The notes: generated by a model not told the origin, from the letters alone. DNA of 64,000 bases from Pseudogemmobacter hezensis (GCF_013155295.1 NZ_JABJXT010000002.1:241434-305433); one strand, 5' to 3'; shown: positions 9,574 to 21,590, numbered from the stretch's first letter. Made by a program: numbers and translations.

Positions 9574-10520
9574 TGAAACTGCTGATCACCCGTGACCTGC
9601 CGCCCCGCGTCATCGACGCCGCCCGCGCCCGCTTTGACGTGACGCTGCGCGATCTGCCGCAGAACCCGGACGATACCGAGCTGGAGGCGATGCTGCGCGA
9701 TTACGATCTGGTGCTGTGCTCAATCGGCGACCGTTTCACGGCCGAGGTTTTTGCGGCCGTGCCTGCCCCCCGCGCAAAGCTGCTGGCGAATTTCGGCGCG
9801 GGCTATAACCATATCGACGTGGCGGCGGCAAAAGCGGCTGGCATTCCGGTGACCAATACCCCCGGCGCGGTGACGGAATCGACCGCCGATCTGGGCGTCG
9901 CGCTTTTGCTGATGGCCGCGCGGCGGCTGGGCGAGGGCGAGCGGGTCGTCCGCGACGGGCGCTGGCATGGCTGGAAGCCAACGCAGATGCTGGGCACCCA
10001 TGTTTCCGGCAAGCGCGTCGGCATCATCGGCATGGGCCGGATCGGCAAGGCGGTGGCGCGGCGGCTGCATTACGGCTTTGGCATGGTGGTGGTGTTCCAC
10101 AACCGCTCTGCCCTGGCAGATCCTGGCCTGCCCGCAACCCAGGTCGATTTCGCCACTGCAATGGCGGCGGATTTCGTGGTGGTTTGCGTGCCCGGCAGCG
10201 CCGAAACCCATCACATGATCAACGCAGAAGCGCTGGCCCATATGGCGCCGCATGGGATCTTTGTGAATATCGCCCGCGGCGATGTGGTCGATGAGGCAGC
10301 GCTGATCGCCGCCCTGCAGGCCGGGAAGATCCGCGCCGCTGGCCTGGATGTCTATGAGTTTGAGCCTGCGGTTCCCGAGGCTCTGAAGGCGATGGAAAAT
10401 GTCGTCCTGCTGCCGCATCTGGGCACCGCCTGTATCGAGGCCCGCGAAGAAATGGGCTTTCTGGCGCTGGAAAACCTGATCGCCTTTGCCGATGGCAAGC
10501 CTTTGGTGACCCCCGTCTGA
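9573..10520 (+). CDS. D-isomer-specific 2-hydroxyacid dehydrogenase (glyoxylate/hydroxypyruvate reductase-like)
   Basis: 315 aa with an NAD-binding 'GIIGMGRIGKAVARRL' motif and the catalytic-domain pattern of the family. Confidence 0.85.
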   Translation: MKLLITRDLPPRVIDAARARFDVTLRDLPQNPDDTELEAMLRDYDLVLCSIGDRFTAEVFAAVPAPRAKLLANFGAGYNHIDVAAAKAAGIPVTNTPGAVTESTADLGVALLLMAARRLGEGERVVRDGRWHGWKPTQMLGTHVSGKRVGIIGMGRIGKAVARRLHYGFGMVVVFHNRSALADPGLPATQVDFATAMAADFVVVCVPGSAETHHMINAEALAHMAPHGIFVNIARGDVVDEAALIAALQAGKIRAAGLDVYEFEPAVPEALKAMENVVLLPHLGTACIEAREEMGFLALENLIAFADGKPLVTPV

Positions 10521-10554
10521 GCCGCTCCGATCTGGTCGGGCAGGTCACAAAACC

Positions 10555-10590
10555 ACTTGTCTCTATAGTGGCTAGAGGAATTAAAACCTG
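10555..10590 (+). promoter_or_regulatory. MerR-family (ZntR/CadR-type) operator-promoter upstream of the metal ATPase
   Basis: -35-like TTGTCT, then a roughly 19-bp spacer containing the dyad CTCTA-tagtggc-TAGAG (10561-10577), then an A/T-rich -10-like TTAAAA. This is the classic MerR-type long-spacer architecture. Confidence 0.45.
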
Positions 10591-10646
10591 ATTCGATGAA
10601 GAAAAGCCCCGGATGCGTGATCCGCTCCGGGGCCAGAGGATCGGAT

Positions 10647-12875
<2,229 letters not shown>

Positions 12876-12916
12876 GCCTCAGCGCCCAAAGGGTAACCGG
12901 GCGCAACGCGGGGGGT

Positions 12917-12938
12917 CCGGGGGGTCTTAACCCCCCGG
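12917..12938. terminator. GC hairpin between the convergent ATPase and kinase-like genes
   Basis: CCGGGGGG-tcttaa-CCCCCCGG. The kinase-like gene's stop codon lies in the loop. Flanking U-runs are weak. Confidence 0.35.
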
Positions 12939-14015
12939 CGCTGCCAGAGGGTCCGACGTCAGCCCAGGCGCTGGCAATCCGGTGACCGAGCCCCCCGCCA
13001 GCCAGATCCGCCCCAGCCGCGCCGTCCCTTCCGCGAAATGCGGGGCCATGGCGCGGGGCTCAGGCGCCTCGATATGGCTGCCGATCCAGGCCAAAAGCGC
13101 CATCCGCCGCAGCATGACGAAAGTGTCGATCTCGCGCTCTTCCTCATCTGACAGTGGCGCGACCCCGCGATACCCCTCGGTCCAGGCCGCCCGCAGGGCA
13201 GGCACCTGCGGGTGATCTTCCATAAAACTGATCGCGGCGGCGAAATCGTAAAGATACCAGCCAAGGCCGGAATCGTCGAAATCGATCAGCACCGTCCGCC
13301 CCTCGCTGATCAGCAGATTGGCCAGCCGCATATCACCATGGATCAGCCCATAACGCGCGCGCCCCTTGCCCCAAAGGGCCAGACGCTGGCGCAGCAGGGC
13401 CTCGACCGCCTCCAGCACCACGCAGATCTCTGGAGTCACATTGGGCGCATCCCGCCAGTCGCCCCAGGTCGCGCCCGCGCCAAAGACCGCATCTTCATCC
13501 CAGACCAGCCGCTCAAGATCCTCGCCCGCCGCCCAGCCCTGGGCATGCAGATGGGTGCGGGCCGCAATCGCGCCCAAGGTATGAAAGGGCGCGACCAGAT
13601 CCTCATCCTCATCAGGCTGCCGCCCGGGCGCGAATTCAAACAGCACCATATGGCGCGGGCCCAGCCCCGGCACCGATCCCTCTTGCACCAGTTCGCCATT
13701 CACCCCGGCAATCGGCGCGGGCGTGTCGATCCCGGCCTCACGCGCCAGGGCCTGCGACCAGGCAAGCTCCTGCCCGATCCCACGGCGCGAGTGATAGCCG
13801 GGCCGATGCACCCGCAAAACGGCACGAAACGCTCCGGCGCGGATCAGCCAGGTCAGGTTCTCGGCAATGTTCAGAAGACGCGCCTCCGCCCCCGCAGGCA
13901 AAGGCCAAAGCGGCAGCGATGCCTCAACCAGCTGCCCGACCAGCCGCAGCTCTTCTTCCAGCGAGCCCGCCCTCAGGTCAGTATCCGGATTGGTCCCCAA
14001 GACTGTGCCCGCCAT
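12927..14015 (-). CDS. Phosphotransferase-family protein (aminoglycoside / choline kinase-like APH fold)
   Basis: 362 aa. Catalytic-loop-like 'LIHGDMRLANLLI' and 'LIDFDDSG' (DFD/DFG-like) motifs are present. Confidence 0.7.
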   Translation of the reverse strand: MAGTVLGTNPDTDLRAGSLEEELRLVGQLVEASLPLWPLPAGAEARLLNIAENLTWLIRAGAFRAVLRVHRPGYHSRRGIGQELAWSQALAREAGIDTPAPIAGVNGELVQEGSVPGLGPRHMVLFEFAPGRQPDEDEDLVAPFHTLGAIAARTHLHAQGWAAGEDLERLVWDEDAVFGAGATWGDWRDAPNVTPEICVVLEAVEALLRQRLALWGKGRARYGLIHGDMRLANLLISEGRTVLIDFDDSGLGWYLYDFAAAISFMEDHPQVPALRAAWTEGYRGVAPLSDEEEREIDTFVMLRRMALLAWIGSHIEAPEPRAMAPHFAEGTARLGRIWLAGGSVTGLPAPGLTSDPLAAPGG

Positions 14016-14135
14016 CCGCCTGCCCCATATGCCGCGCCCGGCCTGCAGTCAGGCGGGCAGTTTCCAGGGCTATCGGTGTCGCGCCAGTGCCGCCGTGATT
14101 CAAGCGCAAATCCGCCCTCTGACAGGCCATTCGCG

Positions 14136-15878
14136 TCAAAGCGCATCGCCCGCCGCCGGGCCGCAGCCAGGCAGCTGCCCCAGCCTGCACATCGCCTCAT
14201 GCTGGCTGAGAAAGACCTCGCCGCTCAGCTCTGACAGGAAATCACTGCATTTCAGACGGTCCATCACCGGGCCCTTCACCTCAGAGAGGTGAAAGCGGAT
14301 CCCGGCATCCATCAGGCGGCGGTTGATATCGCCCAGGCTTTCCAGCGCGCTGATGTCGATCTCATTCACCGCCGGGCACATCAGCACGATATGCTTCAGC
14401 CCCGGCGAACAGGCCGCCAGCGCCTCGATCCGGTCCTCAAGAAAGCCGGTATTGGCAAACCACAGGCTTTCATCGACCCGCAAAGACAGCACCACCGGGT
14501 TGGTGATCACCTGATGGCGGGTGACATTGCGGTAATGCTCGGTCCCGGGGACCTGGCCCACCACCGCCGAGTGCGGATGGCTGGCCCGCCATAAGACCAA
14601 AAGGATCGACAGGCCGACCCCGGCCATGATCCCCGCTTCGACACCAAAGCCCAGGGTGACCAGGATCGTCGCCGCCATTGCCGCGAAATCAGGGCGCGAA
14701 TAGCGCCAGACCCGGGCCAGCGCCGGCAGATCCACCAGCGAAAGCACCGCGATGATAATGGTCGCCGCCAGCACCGCCTGGGGCAGCGCCGCCAGCATCG
14801 GGGCCAGAAACAGCGCCGCCAGCGCGATGGCCAGCGCGGTAAAAGCCCCCGCGGCAGGCGTCTGCGCCCCGGCATCGAAATTCACCACCGAGCGGGCAAA
14901 GCCCCCGGTCACCGGATAGGCCCCGCTCAGCCCCGCCGCGATATTGGCGGCGCCAAGGCCGATCAGCTCCTGGTCGGGGCCGATCCGCTCGCGTCGTTTG
15001 GCAGCCAGCGTCCGCGCAACCGAGACCGATTCCACAAAGCCCACCACCGCGATCAGAAAGGCCGCCGGGGCCAGGGCTGTAACCAGCGCCAGGCTAAGCC
15101 CCGGCAGCGCCAGCCCCGGCAGGCCCGCGGGCACCTGGCCAACCAGCGCCACACCCTTGCCGCCCAGATCCAGCGTCAGCGACAGGCCGATCGTGACGAA
15201 AATCGCCAGAACGGGCGCGGCGCGGGCGATGATCCCCGCCATCAGCCCGCCTGCCCCCGCCCGCATCAGCCAGCCCTTCAGACGGCTGCGGGCCAGCCAT
15301 AAAAACACCAGCACGCCGAGGCCGATCATCATCGTTACCGCATTAAGCGGACCTGCCCCGCTCAGCCGGGTGACGACGGCAGGCAGCGTGCTGCCCCCGC
15401 CCCCGACGCCCAGGATATGCCCCAGCTGCCCGGCGGCAATCAGCAGGCCGGATGCGGTGATAAACCCCGAGATCACCGGATGGCTGAGGAAATTCGCCAC
15501 GAATCCCAGCCGCAGCACCCCCATCGCGACCAGCATCGCCCCCGACATCAGCGCCAGCACCGCAGCCGCCGTCACCGCATCAGCCAGCCCCTGCGCCACC
15601 ACAGGCGCCACCGCCGATGCCGTCATCAAAGAGATCACCGCCACCGACCCCACCGCCAGCACCCGGCTGCTGCCAAACAGCGCATAGGCGATCAGCGGCA
15701 GGATTGAGGCGTAAAGCCCCGCCTCGGGCGGCATCCCGGCCAGCATCGCATAGGCCAGTCCCTGCGGGATCAGCATGATCGCCACGATCAGCGCCGCCAG
15801 CAGATCCGCCCCCAGCGTCGCCCGCGTATAGCTGCGCCCCCAGTCGAAGATCGGCATCCAGCGGCGCAGGTTCCGCAT
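14136..15878 (-). CDS. SulP-family anion (sulfate) permease with C-terminal STAS domain
   Basis: 580 aa. The N-terminal SulP signature 'ADLLAALIVAIMLIPQGLAYAMLAGMPPEAGLY' is present, with multiple TM helices and a C-terminal STAS-like region. Confidence 0.9.
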   Translation of the reverse strand: MRNLRRWMPIFDWGRSYTRATLGADLLAALIVAIMLIPQGLAYAMLAGMPPEAGLYASILPLIAYALFGSSRVLAVGSVAVISLMTASAVAPVVAQGLADAVTAAAVLALMSGAMLVAMGVLRLGFVANFLSHPVISGFITASGLLIAAGQLGHILGVGGGGSTLPAVVTRLSGAGPLNAVTMMIGLGVLVFLWLARSRLKGWLMRAGAGGLMAGIIARAAPVLAIFVTIGLSLTLDLGGKGVALVGQVPAGLPGLALPGLSLALVTALAPAAFLIAVVGFVESVSVARTLAAKRRERIGPDQELIGLGAANIAAGLSGAYPVTGGFARSVVNFDAGAQTPAAGAFTALAIALAALFLAPMLAALPQAVLAATIIIAVLSLVDLPALARVWRYSRPDFAAMAATILVTLGFGVEAGIMAGVGLSILLVLWRASHPHSAVVGQVPGTEHYRNVTRHQVITNPVVLSLRVDESLWFANTGFLEDRIEALAACSPGLKHIVLMCPAVNEIDISALESLGDINRRLMDAGIRFHLSEVKGPVMDRLKCSDFLSELSGEVFLSQHEAMCRLGQLPGCGPAAGDAL

Positions 15879-15881
15879 TGC

Positions 15882-16307
15882 TCAGCGCTTTTTCAGCTGA
15901 CGCGCCGCCAGCATGCCCGCCAGCAGCGTCGCCACAAACAAAAGCGGCTCGGGCCGCAGCAGCCCCAGCGCGGGGATCGCGCCGCCCGGGCAAAAACCAG
16001 CAATCCCCCAGCCGATCCCCAAAAGGGCCGAGCCGCCAACCAGCCGCCGATCAATCGCCGCCCGGGCGGGCAGGTGAAAGCCCTGGTCGAAAGCCGGGCG
16101 CAGGCGGCGCAGCACAAAACGGTAGCCGATCAGCGTCACCGCCAGTGCGCCCCCCATCACGAAGGCCAAAGACGGATCCCAGCTGCCTGCGATGTCAAAG
16201 AAATTCAGAACCTTGGCCGGGTTCGCCATGCCCGCCAGCACGATACCGCTGCCAAAGATCATCCCGATCAGCAAAGCTGCAAGCAAAGGCATCTCAGATC
16301 CCCCCAA
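15882..16307 (-). CDS. YeeE/YedE-family half-size membrane protein (putative sulfur-compound transporter subunit)
   Basis: 141 aa with 4 TM helices, Gly-rich. It pairs with the adjacent paralogue, a common arrangement for this family. Confidence 0.75.
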   Translation of the reverse strand: MGGSEMPLLAALLIGMIFGSGIVLAGMANPAKVLNFFDIAGSWDPSLAFVMGGALAVTLIGYRFVLRRLRPAFDQGFHLPARAAIDRRLVGGSALLGIGWGIAGFCPGGAIPALGLLRPEPLLFVATLLAGMLAARQLKKR

Positions 16308-16728
16308 TCAGGTGGCGGATCACCCAGACCGTCAGCGTCGCCGTCGCCATAAAGGTCAGCGTGGCCACCAGCGAGCGTGGCGACAGCCGCGCATTGCCGC
16401 AGATCCCATGGCCAGAGGTGCAGCCGCCGCCCCAGGTCACCCCCATGCCGACCAGAAATCCGCTGACCGCCACCGCCGCCCATGAAACCGGGCTGTCAAA
16501 ACCCACCTCAAGGCCAAAGGCCCTGGTCAAAAACAGCGGCGCCAGCACCGCGCCTGCCAGAAAGGCCAGCCGCCAGCCGCGTCCCCCGCCAGCCGCCGCG
16601 CCCGGCAACATGCCCGACAGAATCCCGGTCACACCCATGATCCTTCCATGCAGCGCCATCAGCAGAACCGCCGCCAGCCCGATCAATGCGCCTCCGGCGA
16701 GGCTGCTCCAGGGGGTGAATTCCGTCAT
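16294..16728 (-). CDS. YeeE/YedE-family half-size membrane protein (second subunit)
   Basis: 144 aa. Contains 'GVTGILSGML' and 'CTSGHGICG' Cys-containing motifs typical of YeeE/YedE. Overlaps the downstream paralogue by 14 nt. Confidence 0.75.
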   Translation of the reverse strand: MTEFTPWSSLAGGALIGLAAVLLMALHGRIMGVTGILSGMLPGAAAGGGRGWRLAFLAGAVLAPLFLTRAFGLEVGFDSPVSWAAVAVSGFLVGMGVTWGGGCTSGHGICGNARLSPRSLVATLTFMATATLTVWVIRHLIGGI

Positions 16729-16768
16729 CTTCGTTGCCTTTGCAGTTACGGCTGACCGGATGGCCAGG

Positions 16769-17647
16769 TTAGTCCCAGGTGGTTTTGAACAGGTTCAGAG
16801 GTATTTTCAGATAATGTGAGCCATTTGCCTCGGGCGCGGGCAGCCGTCCGGCATTGGTGTTCACCTGCAGCGCATGCAGGATCAGCCGGGGCATCGGCAG
16901 TGTGGCGTCACGGGCCTCGCGGGCAGCGACAAACCCGGCCTCGGTCAGGTATTTTGCGATATGGATGTTTTCCGCCCGCTGGCTGGCGACAGTGGATTCC
17001 CAGGCAGCCTCCCGCCCGCCCTGGCAATAATCATGGCCCGTAAAAATCCGCGTTTCATCGGGCAGCGCCAGGATCGCCTGGATCGAGGCCCAAAGCGCCG
17101 TCGCGCTGCCGCCCGGGAAATCGGCCCGCGCGGTGCCGCTGTCGGGCATGAAAAGCGTGTCATGCACAAAGGCCGCATCCCCGATCACATAGGTGACCGA
17201 GGCCAGCGTATGCCCTGGCGAATGCATCACCCGCGCCGGGATCGAGCCGACCTGAAAACCATCGCCATCGGCATAAAGCCGATCCCATTGCGAGCCATCT
17301 GCCGCCAGATCATCGCGGTTGTAAAAGCCGTTCCACAGCTTCTGCACCCCGGTGATCATCGCACCGATCGCCGTTGGTGCCCCGGTCTTTTGCCGCAGAT
17401 AATCTGCCGCCGAAAAGTGATCGGCATGCGGATGGGTGTCCAGGATCTGCGTCAGGCGATAGCCCTTCTGCGCGATGAAACCCAGCAGGCGATCCGCCTC
17501 AAACGTCGCCACCGCGCCGGATTTCTCGTCGTAATCCAGCACCGGATCGATGATCACACAGTCCTTCGTCGCCGGATCAGCCACGACATATTGCACCGAT
17601 CCGGTGCGTTTTTCATAAAAACCCGTTACCTCGGGATGCTTGCTCAT
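16769..17647 (-). CDS. MBL-fold metallo-hydrolase, possibly a persulfide dioxygenase-like enzyme
   Basis: 'DTHPHADH' metallo-beta-lactamase motif. Start moved to ATG 17647 (MSKHPEV). The sulfur-transporter gene context suggests a sulfur role. Confidence 0.75.
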   Translation of the reverse strand: MSKHPEVTGFYEKRTGSVQYVVADPATKDCVIIDPVLDYDEKSGAVATFEADRLLGFIAQKGYRLTQILDTHPHADHFSAADYLRQKTGAPTAIGAMITGVQKLWNGFYNRDDLAADGSQWDRLYADGDGFQVGSIPARVMHSPGHTLASVTYVIGDAAFVHDTLFMPDSGTARADFPGGSATALWASIQAILALPDETRIFTGHDYCQGGREAAWESTVASQRAENIHIAKYLTEAGFVAAREARDATLPMPRLILHALQVNTNAGRLPAPEANGSHYLKIPLNLFKTTWD

Positions 17648-17962
17648 ATCTGCCCTATCTGGCCCGAACCGGGGCCGGGCAAACCGGGCCCGGGCCCCCA
17701 ATTCCCGCTGAAATTCCAACACACACCAACCAGGATCGGAATAATTTTCCCCACGCACAACGACAAATGGCACATCATTCCGCCAGCATTGATCATGCCG
17801 GGACACTGTCACGCAATCACGGCTGGCGCCCAAAGGTCAAGAGCCGATCCCGGCGCCCAAAGCCCGCATAACATGCGCGGATGTCGCATGGCGCCAAATG
17901 AGAACAGGCCGCCCCTGACAGGCGGCCTGTAAATCTTACCCGAATCCGGGGAAAGCCCGGGC

Positions 17963-18427
17963 TTACTCGGCTGCGGGCGGCGGCGGCGCGTCATCTTTGC
18001 GGCCATCCTTGCCGGGGCCAGGCTTCTTTTTGTCGCCCTTTTTATCCCCTTTGCGGTCGTGATGATCTTTCTTGCCCTTATGCGGGCCATTGCGATCCTC
18101 ACGAACCGGGGTCGCGGCCAGCTTGTCGGTCAGCGGGGAAATCGCCTGCACACAGGCCTCAATCGCGGTGTCACCGCAATTCACGCTGATCGTGCGCCCA
18201 CCACCGAAGTCGAGACGGATCATCGGGCCGCGCGCGCCCCCCGGCATTGCGCCATGCATCCCCCCGTGCACCCCCCCGGGCATGCCACCGCGGGCGGGCG
18301 GGTGCCCGGCCGGGCTGTCTGGACGGGCATCCTCAGCCGCCTCGGGCGCGGCCTGCGCGAACAATGGGACCGGCATCAGCCCAAGGGCTGCTACAAACAA
18401 AGCGGGGATCAGTTTTTGCGTCACCAT
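17963..18427 (-). CDS. Secreted hypothetical protein, Met/His/Gly-rich with a Lys-rich tail
   Basis: N-terminal signal peptide (MVTQKLIPALFVAALGLMPVPLFAQA). 'GGMPGGVHGGMHGAMPGG' is a Met/His-rich tract. One Cys pair. C-terminus KGKKDHHDRKGDKKGDKKK. Confidence 0.55.
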   Translation of the reverse strand: MVTQKLIPALFVAALGLMPVPLFAQAAPEAAEDARPDSPAGHPPARGGMPGGVHGGMHGAMPGGARGPMIRLDFGGGRTISVNCGDTAIEACVQAISPLTDKLAATPVREDRNGPHKGKKDHHDRKGDKKGDKKKPGPGKDGRKDDAPPPPAAE

Positions 18428-18608
18428 GGGCCTACCTCTTTACATGGATCATACCGGGTTCAACGCCGCCCCCCGGCATTTCCGTCGCCGCCCTGCCTGG
18501 CCCCGGAAAATGCGGGCAGGGGAAGATGCGGGCGGCCAGGCCACGACTCGCGGGCCTTAACCGCAGCCTGGCGCAGCATGGCTTGACGCAAAGCCGCGGA
18601 TCGGGCCA

Positions 18609-19394
18609 TTGCAGATCATGGTCGAGGAAATCACAGAGCAGCCCGAGGAAAAGACGCCAGTGGTCCGCAAACCACGGAAAAAGCCGGCTGCAAAGTCGCA
18701 GGCGAAATCTCTGGCGCGCCCCGCAGGGTTTCTGGCGCGGCTGCGGGGCTGGGTGCTGCGGCTGGTGCTGGGGGTGGTCGGGTTTTTCTTCCTGCTGATC
18801 CTGCTGTTCAGCTTTGTGCCGCCCCCGATCAATATCTATCAGATCCAGGAAAGCTGGCGGCTGGGCGGCATAAAGCGCGACTGGGTCTCCTGGGATGAGA
18901 TCGCCCCGGTGATGGGGCGCTCGGCTGTGGCGGCAGAGGATGCGAATTTCTGCAACCACTGGGGCTTTGACATGGCGGCGATCCGGGCGGCGATTGATTC
19001 CGGCTCTGGGCGCGGGGCCTCGACCATCTCGCAGCAGGTGGCCAAGAACGTGTTCCTCTGGCATGACCGCTCATGGTTTCGCAAAGCCGCCGAGGCCGCG
19101 CTGACCCCCGCAATCGAGCTGGTCTGGTCGAAAGAGCGCATCCTTGAGGTCTATCTGAACGTCGCCGAATTTGATGAGGGCGTCTTTGGCGTCCAGGCCG
19201 CCGCGCAGCATTATTTCGGCGTCGATGCCCGCAATCTGACGGCGCTGCAGGCGGCCAGGCTGGCGGCGGTGCTGCCCGATCCAAAGGGGCGCTCGGCCTC
19301 GAAGCCAACCGATTTTGTGCGCAAGCGGACCCGGGCGATCATCTCAGGGGCCGAGACCATCCAGGCCGATGGCCGCGCCGGCTGTTTTCAGTAA
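18609..19394 (+). CDS. mtgA: Monofunctional biosynthetic peptidoglycan transglycosylase
   Basis: N-terminal TM helix, then a GT51 domain with 'AAEDANFCNHWGFD' and 'ISQQVAKNVFLW' motifs. Confidence 0.9.
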   Translation: MQIMVEEITEQPEEKTPVVRKPRKKPAAKSQAKSLARPAGFLARLRGWVLRLVLGVVGFFFLLILLFSFVPPPINIYQIQESWRLGGIKRDWVSWDEIAPVMGRSAVAAEDANFCNHWGFDMAAIRAAIDSGSGRGASTISQQVAKNVFLWHDRSWFRKAAEAALTPAIELVWSKERILEVYLNVAEFDEGVFGVQAAAQHYFGVDARNLTALQAARLAAVLPDPKGRSASKPTDFVRKRTRAIISGAETIQADGRAGCFQ

Positions 19395-19507
19395 AACCGG
19401 CTTTCGCTGCATGGTTTCGCCTGTTTTCCCGCCCCTTCGGTGCATCGGGATTGAACCCGAGACCCTCAGCCGCTAGGACAGTGAGAGTTTCCGGGCAGCA
19501 AAATCAG

Positions 19508-20176
19508 ATGAACCGTCTTTATCACGTTACCCTTTCGCCCTTTTGCCGCAAGGTTCGGCTGACGCTTGCCGAGAAGAAGATCGAGGTCGAGCTGGTCGAA
19601 GAACGCTATTGGGAGCAGAGCCAGGACTTTATGCGCCGCAATCCGGCGGGCAAAGTGCCGATCCTGCGCCTGAATGGCAAATTGCTCAGCGAAAGCCAGG
19701 CGATCTGTGAATACCTGGACGAGACCGTGCCAGCCCCCTCGCTGATCCCGCGCGATCCCGAGGCACGTTATGAGACCCGCCGCCTTTGCGCATGGTTTGA
19801 TGACAAGTTCCATCACGAGGTCACCTCGAAACTGCTTTATGAGCGGGTGAACAAAAAGCTGGCGAAAGAGGGCTACCCGGATTCGCGCAATGTGAAATTC
19901 GGGGCCAGCCGGATCAAATATCACCTGGATTACATGGCCTGGCTGCTGGAGCGCCGCAGCTGGCTGGCGGGCGATGTGATGACCCTGGCCGACCTGACTG
20001 CTGTGGCGCATCTCTCCAGCCTGGATTACATCTCGGATGTGGACTGGAACCGGCATGAGGTCGTAAAAGACTGGTATGCCAAGATAAAATCGCGTCCCGC
20101 CTTCCGCACCACATTGCTGCGCGACCAGGTTCCGGGCTTTCCGCCGCCGCAGCAATATACCGATCTCGACTTCTGA
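19508..20176 (+). CDS. Glutathione S-transferase family protein
   Basis: GST N-terminal thioredoxin-like fold (SPFCRKVRL...GKVPIL...ESQAICEYLDE) and a C-terminal alpha-helical domain. Start at ATG 19508. Confidence 0.85.
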   Translation: MNRLYHVTLSPFCRKVRLTLAEKKIEVELVEERYWEQSQDFMRRNPAGKVPILRLNGKLLSESQAICEYLDETVPAPSLIPRDPEARYETRRLCAWFDDKFHHEVTSKLLYERVNKKLAKEGYPDSRNVKFGASRIKYHLDYMAWLLERRSWLAGDVMTLADLTAVAHLSSLDYISDVDWNRHEVVKDWYAKIKSRPAFRTTLLRDQVPGFPPPQQYTDLDF

Positions 20177-20260
20177 TCGTCTGATCGGGGCCTGTCCCTC
20201 CCCCGCCCGCCCTGCTCTGCCGGGCTGGCTGTTCCGCCCCGCTCGGGGTATCTTTGCGCG

Positions 20261-21310
20261 ATGAAACGCACCGATCCCACGCCTCTGAAAGACCGTCTGC
20301 GCCAGCGGGCGCTGGAAGAGGGTTTCTCGAAGATGGGGATCTGTGCGCCCGATGCCGTGCCCGGCACGGCGGCGCGATTGCGGGCCTTCCTTGAGGCGGG
20401 CCATCACGGCAGCATGGGCTGGATGGCCGAGCGTGAGCACTGGCGCGGCGATCCTTCGGCGCTTTGGCCAGAGGCGCGTTCGGTGATCATGCTGGCCGAG
20501 CTTTACACGCCTGAGACAGACCCCCGCCTGGTGCTGGACCAAAAAGACCGCGCGGCGATCTCTGTCTATGCCCAGGGCAAGGACTACCACGATCTGGTCA
20601 AGCGGCGGCTGAAACGGCTGGGGCGCTGGCTGCTGGATCAGGGGCCTGGCGAAGAGATCAAGGTCTTTGTCGATACCGCCCCGGTGATGGAAAAGCCGCT
20701 GGCCCAGGCGGCAGGGCTTGGCTGGCAGGGCAAACACACCAATCTGTTAAGCCGTGATCTGGGGAACTGGTTCTTTCTGGGCTCGATCTTCACCACGCTG
20801 GATCTGCCAAAGGATGCGGCAGAGGTCTCGCATTGCGGATCGTGCCGGGCCTGTCTGACCGCCTGCCCGACCGATGCCTTCCCCGCGCCCTATCAGCTGG
20901 ATGCGCGGCGCTGCATCTCTTACCTGACCATCGAGCACAAAGGCCCCGTCGATGAGGCGCTGCGCCCCCGGATGGGCAATCGCATCTATGGCTGCGATGA
21001 TTGCCTGGCGGCCTGCCCCTGGAACAAATTCGCCGCCGCCGCCCAGGAGATCGGCTATCAGCCGCGCATCGGGGCGCCCCAGCTGGCAGAGCTGGCAGCG
21101 CTTGACGATGCGGGCTTTCGCGCCCGTTTCGCAGGCAGCCCGATCAAGCGCATCGGCCGCGACCGATTTGTCCGTAACGTGCTTTATGCCATCGGAAATT
21201 CTGGCCAGCCTGATCTGGTGCCTGCGGCCCGCGCGCTGTGTGACGACGCCGATCCGGTCGTCGCTGACGCGGCCCGCTGGGCAATGGCGCAACTGCAGCC
21301 CCAGGCCTGA
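20261..21310 (+). CDS. queG: tRNA epoxyqueuosine(34) reductase QueG
   Basis: 349 aa with two 4Fe-4S ferredoxin motifs ([12 protein letters not shown] and CDDCLAACP) and a C-terminal HEAT-like region. Confidence 0.9.
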   Translation: MKRTDPTPLKDRLRQRALEEGFSKMGICAPDAVPGTAARLRAFLEAGHHGSMGWMAEREHWRGDPSALWPEARSVIMLAELYTPETDPRLVLDQKDRAAISVYAQGKDYHDLVKRRLKRLGRWLLDQGPGEEIKVFVDTAPVMEKPLAQAAGLGWQGKHTNLLSRDLGNWFFLGSIFTTLDLPKDAAEVSHCGSCRACLTACPTDAFPAPYQLDARRCISYLTIEHKGPVDEALRPRMGNRIYGCDDCLAACPWNKFAAAAQEIGYQPRIGAPQLAELAALDDAGFRARFAGSPIKRIGRDRFVRNVLYAIGNSGQPDLVPAARALCDDADPVVADAARWAMAQLQPQA

Positions 21311-21422
21311 ACCCGCAGGCCAATCCTGGCTGAGACTATCAATTCCCCGATTGCAGGCTTGGGCCAGCACCGATTCTGTGTCAGGCTGGCCCCATAGCAC
21401 CGCAAACGTGAGGAGGGTCGAC

Positions 21423-21590
21423 ATGACCAAACATCTCGCCGACAAACGTGCAGCCGCCACCGGGGCGCGGGTTCAGGCCTTTTTGCGCATCGCCCGCAGC
21501 GGACGCGAAACCTTCCATAAACCGCGCGAGGCTGCAGGGCCCGGCAGATTGCAGCAGTTCCTGCGCATCGCACGCGGGCACCGGGTCTGA
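21423..21590 (+). CDS. Small hypothetical protein (55 aa) with an internal FLRIAR repeat
   Basis: Strong GAGGAGG Shine-Dalgarno 7 nt upstream of ATG 21423. Not in the ORF track because it is shorter than 60 aa. Coding status unproven. Confidence 0.3.
   Translation: MTKHLADKRAAATGARVQAFLRIARSGRETFHKPREAAGPGRLQQFLRIARGHRV

Noticed and set aside
16769-17833. Long N-terminal extensions in the ORF track for several genes: MBL hydrolase to 17833, pyk to 44579, dat to 48003, argH to 62303, xthA to 63763, DUF4170 to 31504, SPFH from 31517, accA from 50289, dxs from 26783
   Set aside because: Internal ATGs preceded by good Shine-Dalgarno sequences give N-termini matching the known families, for example MSKHPEV for the MBL hydrolase, MRRHRNVKVVATLG for pyk and MSFTLATWNINS for xthA. 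The extensions are GC-bias read-through and in several cases overlap neighbouring genes.
19395-19507. tRNA-like stem 'TCGGGATTGAACCCGA' upstream of the GST gene
   Set aside because: It is only a single short hairpin with a 6-nt loop. No acceptor-stem or anticodon-arm pairing around it is compatible with a cloverleaf. No tRNA genes were recognised anywhere in the window.
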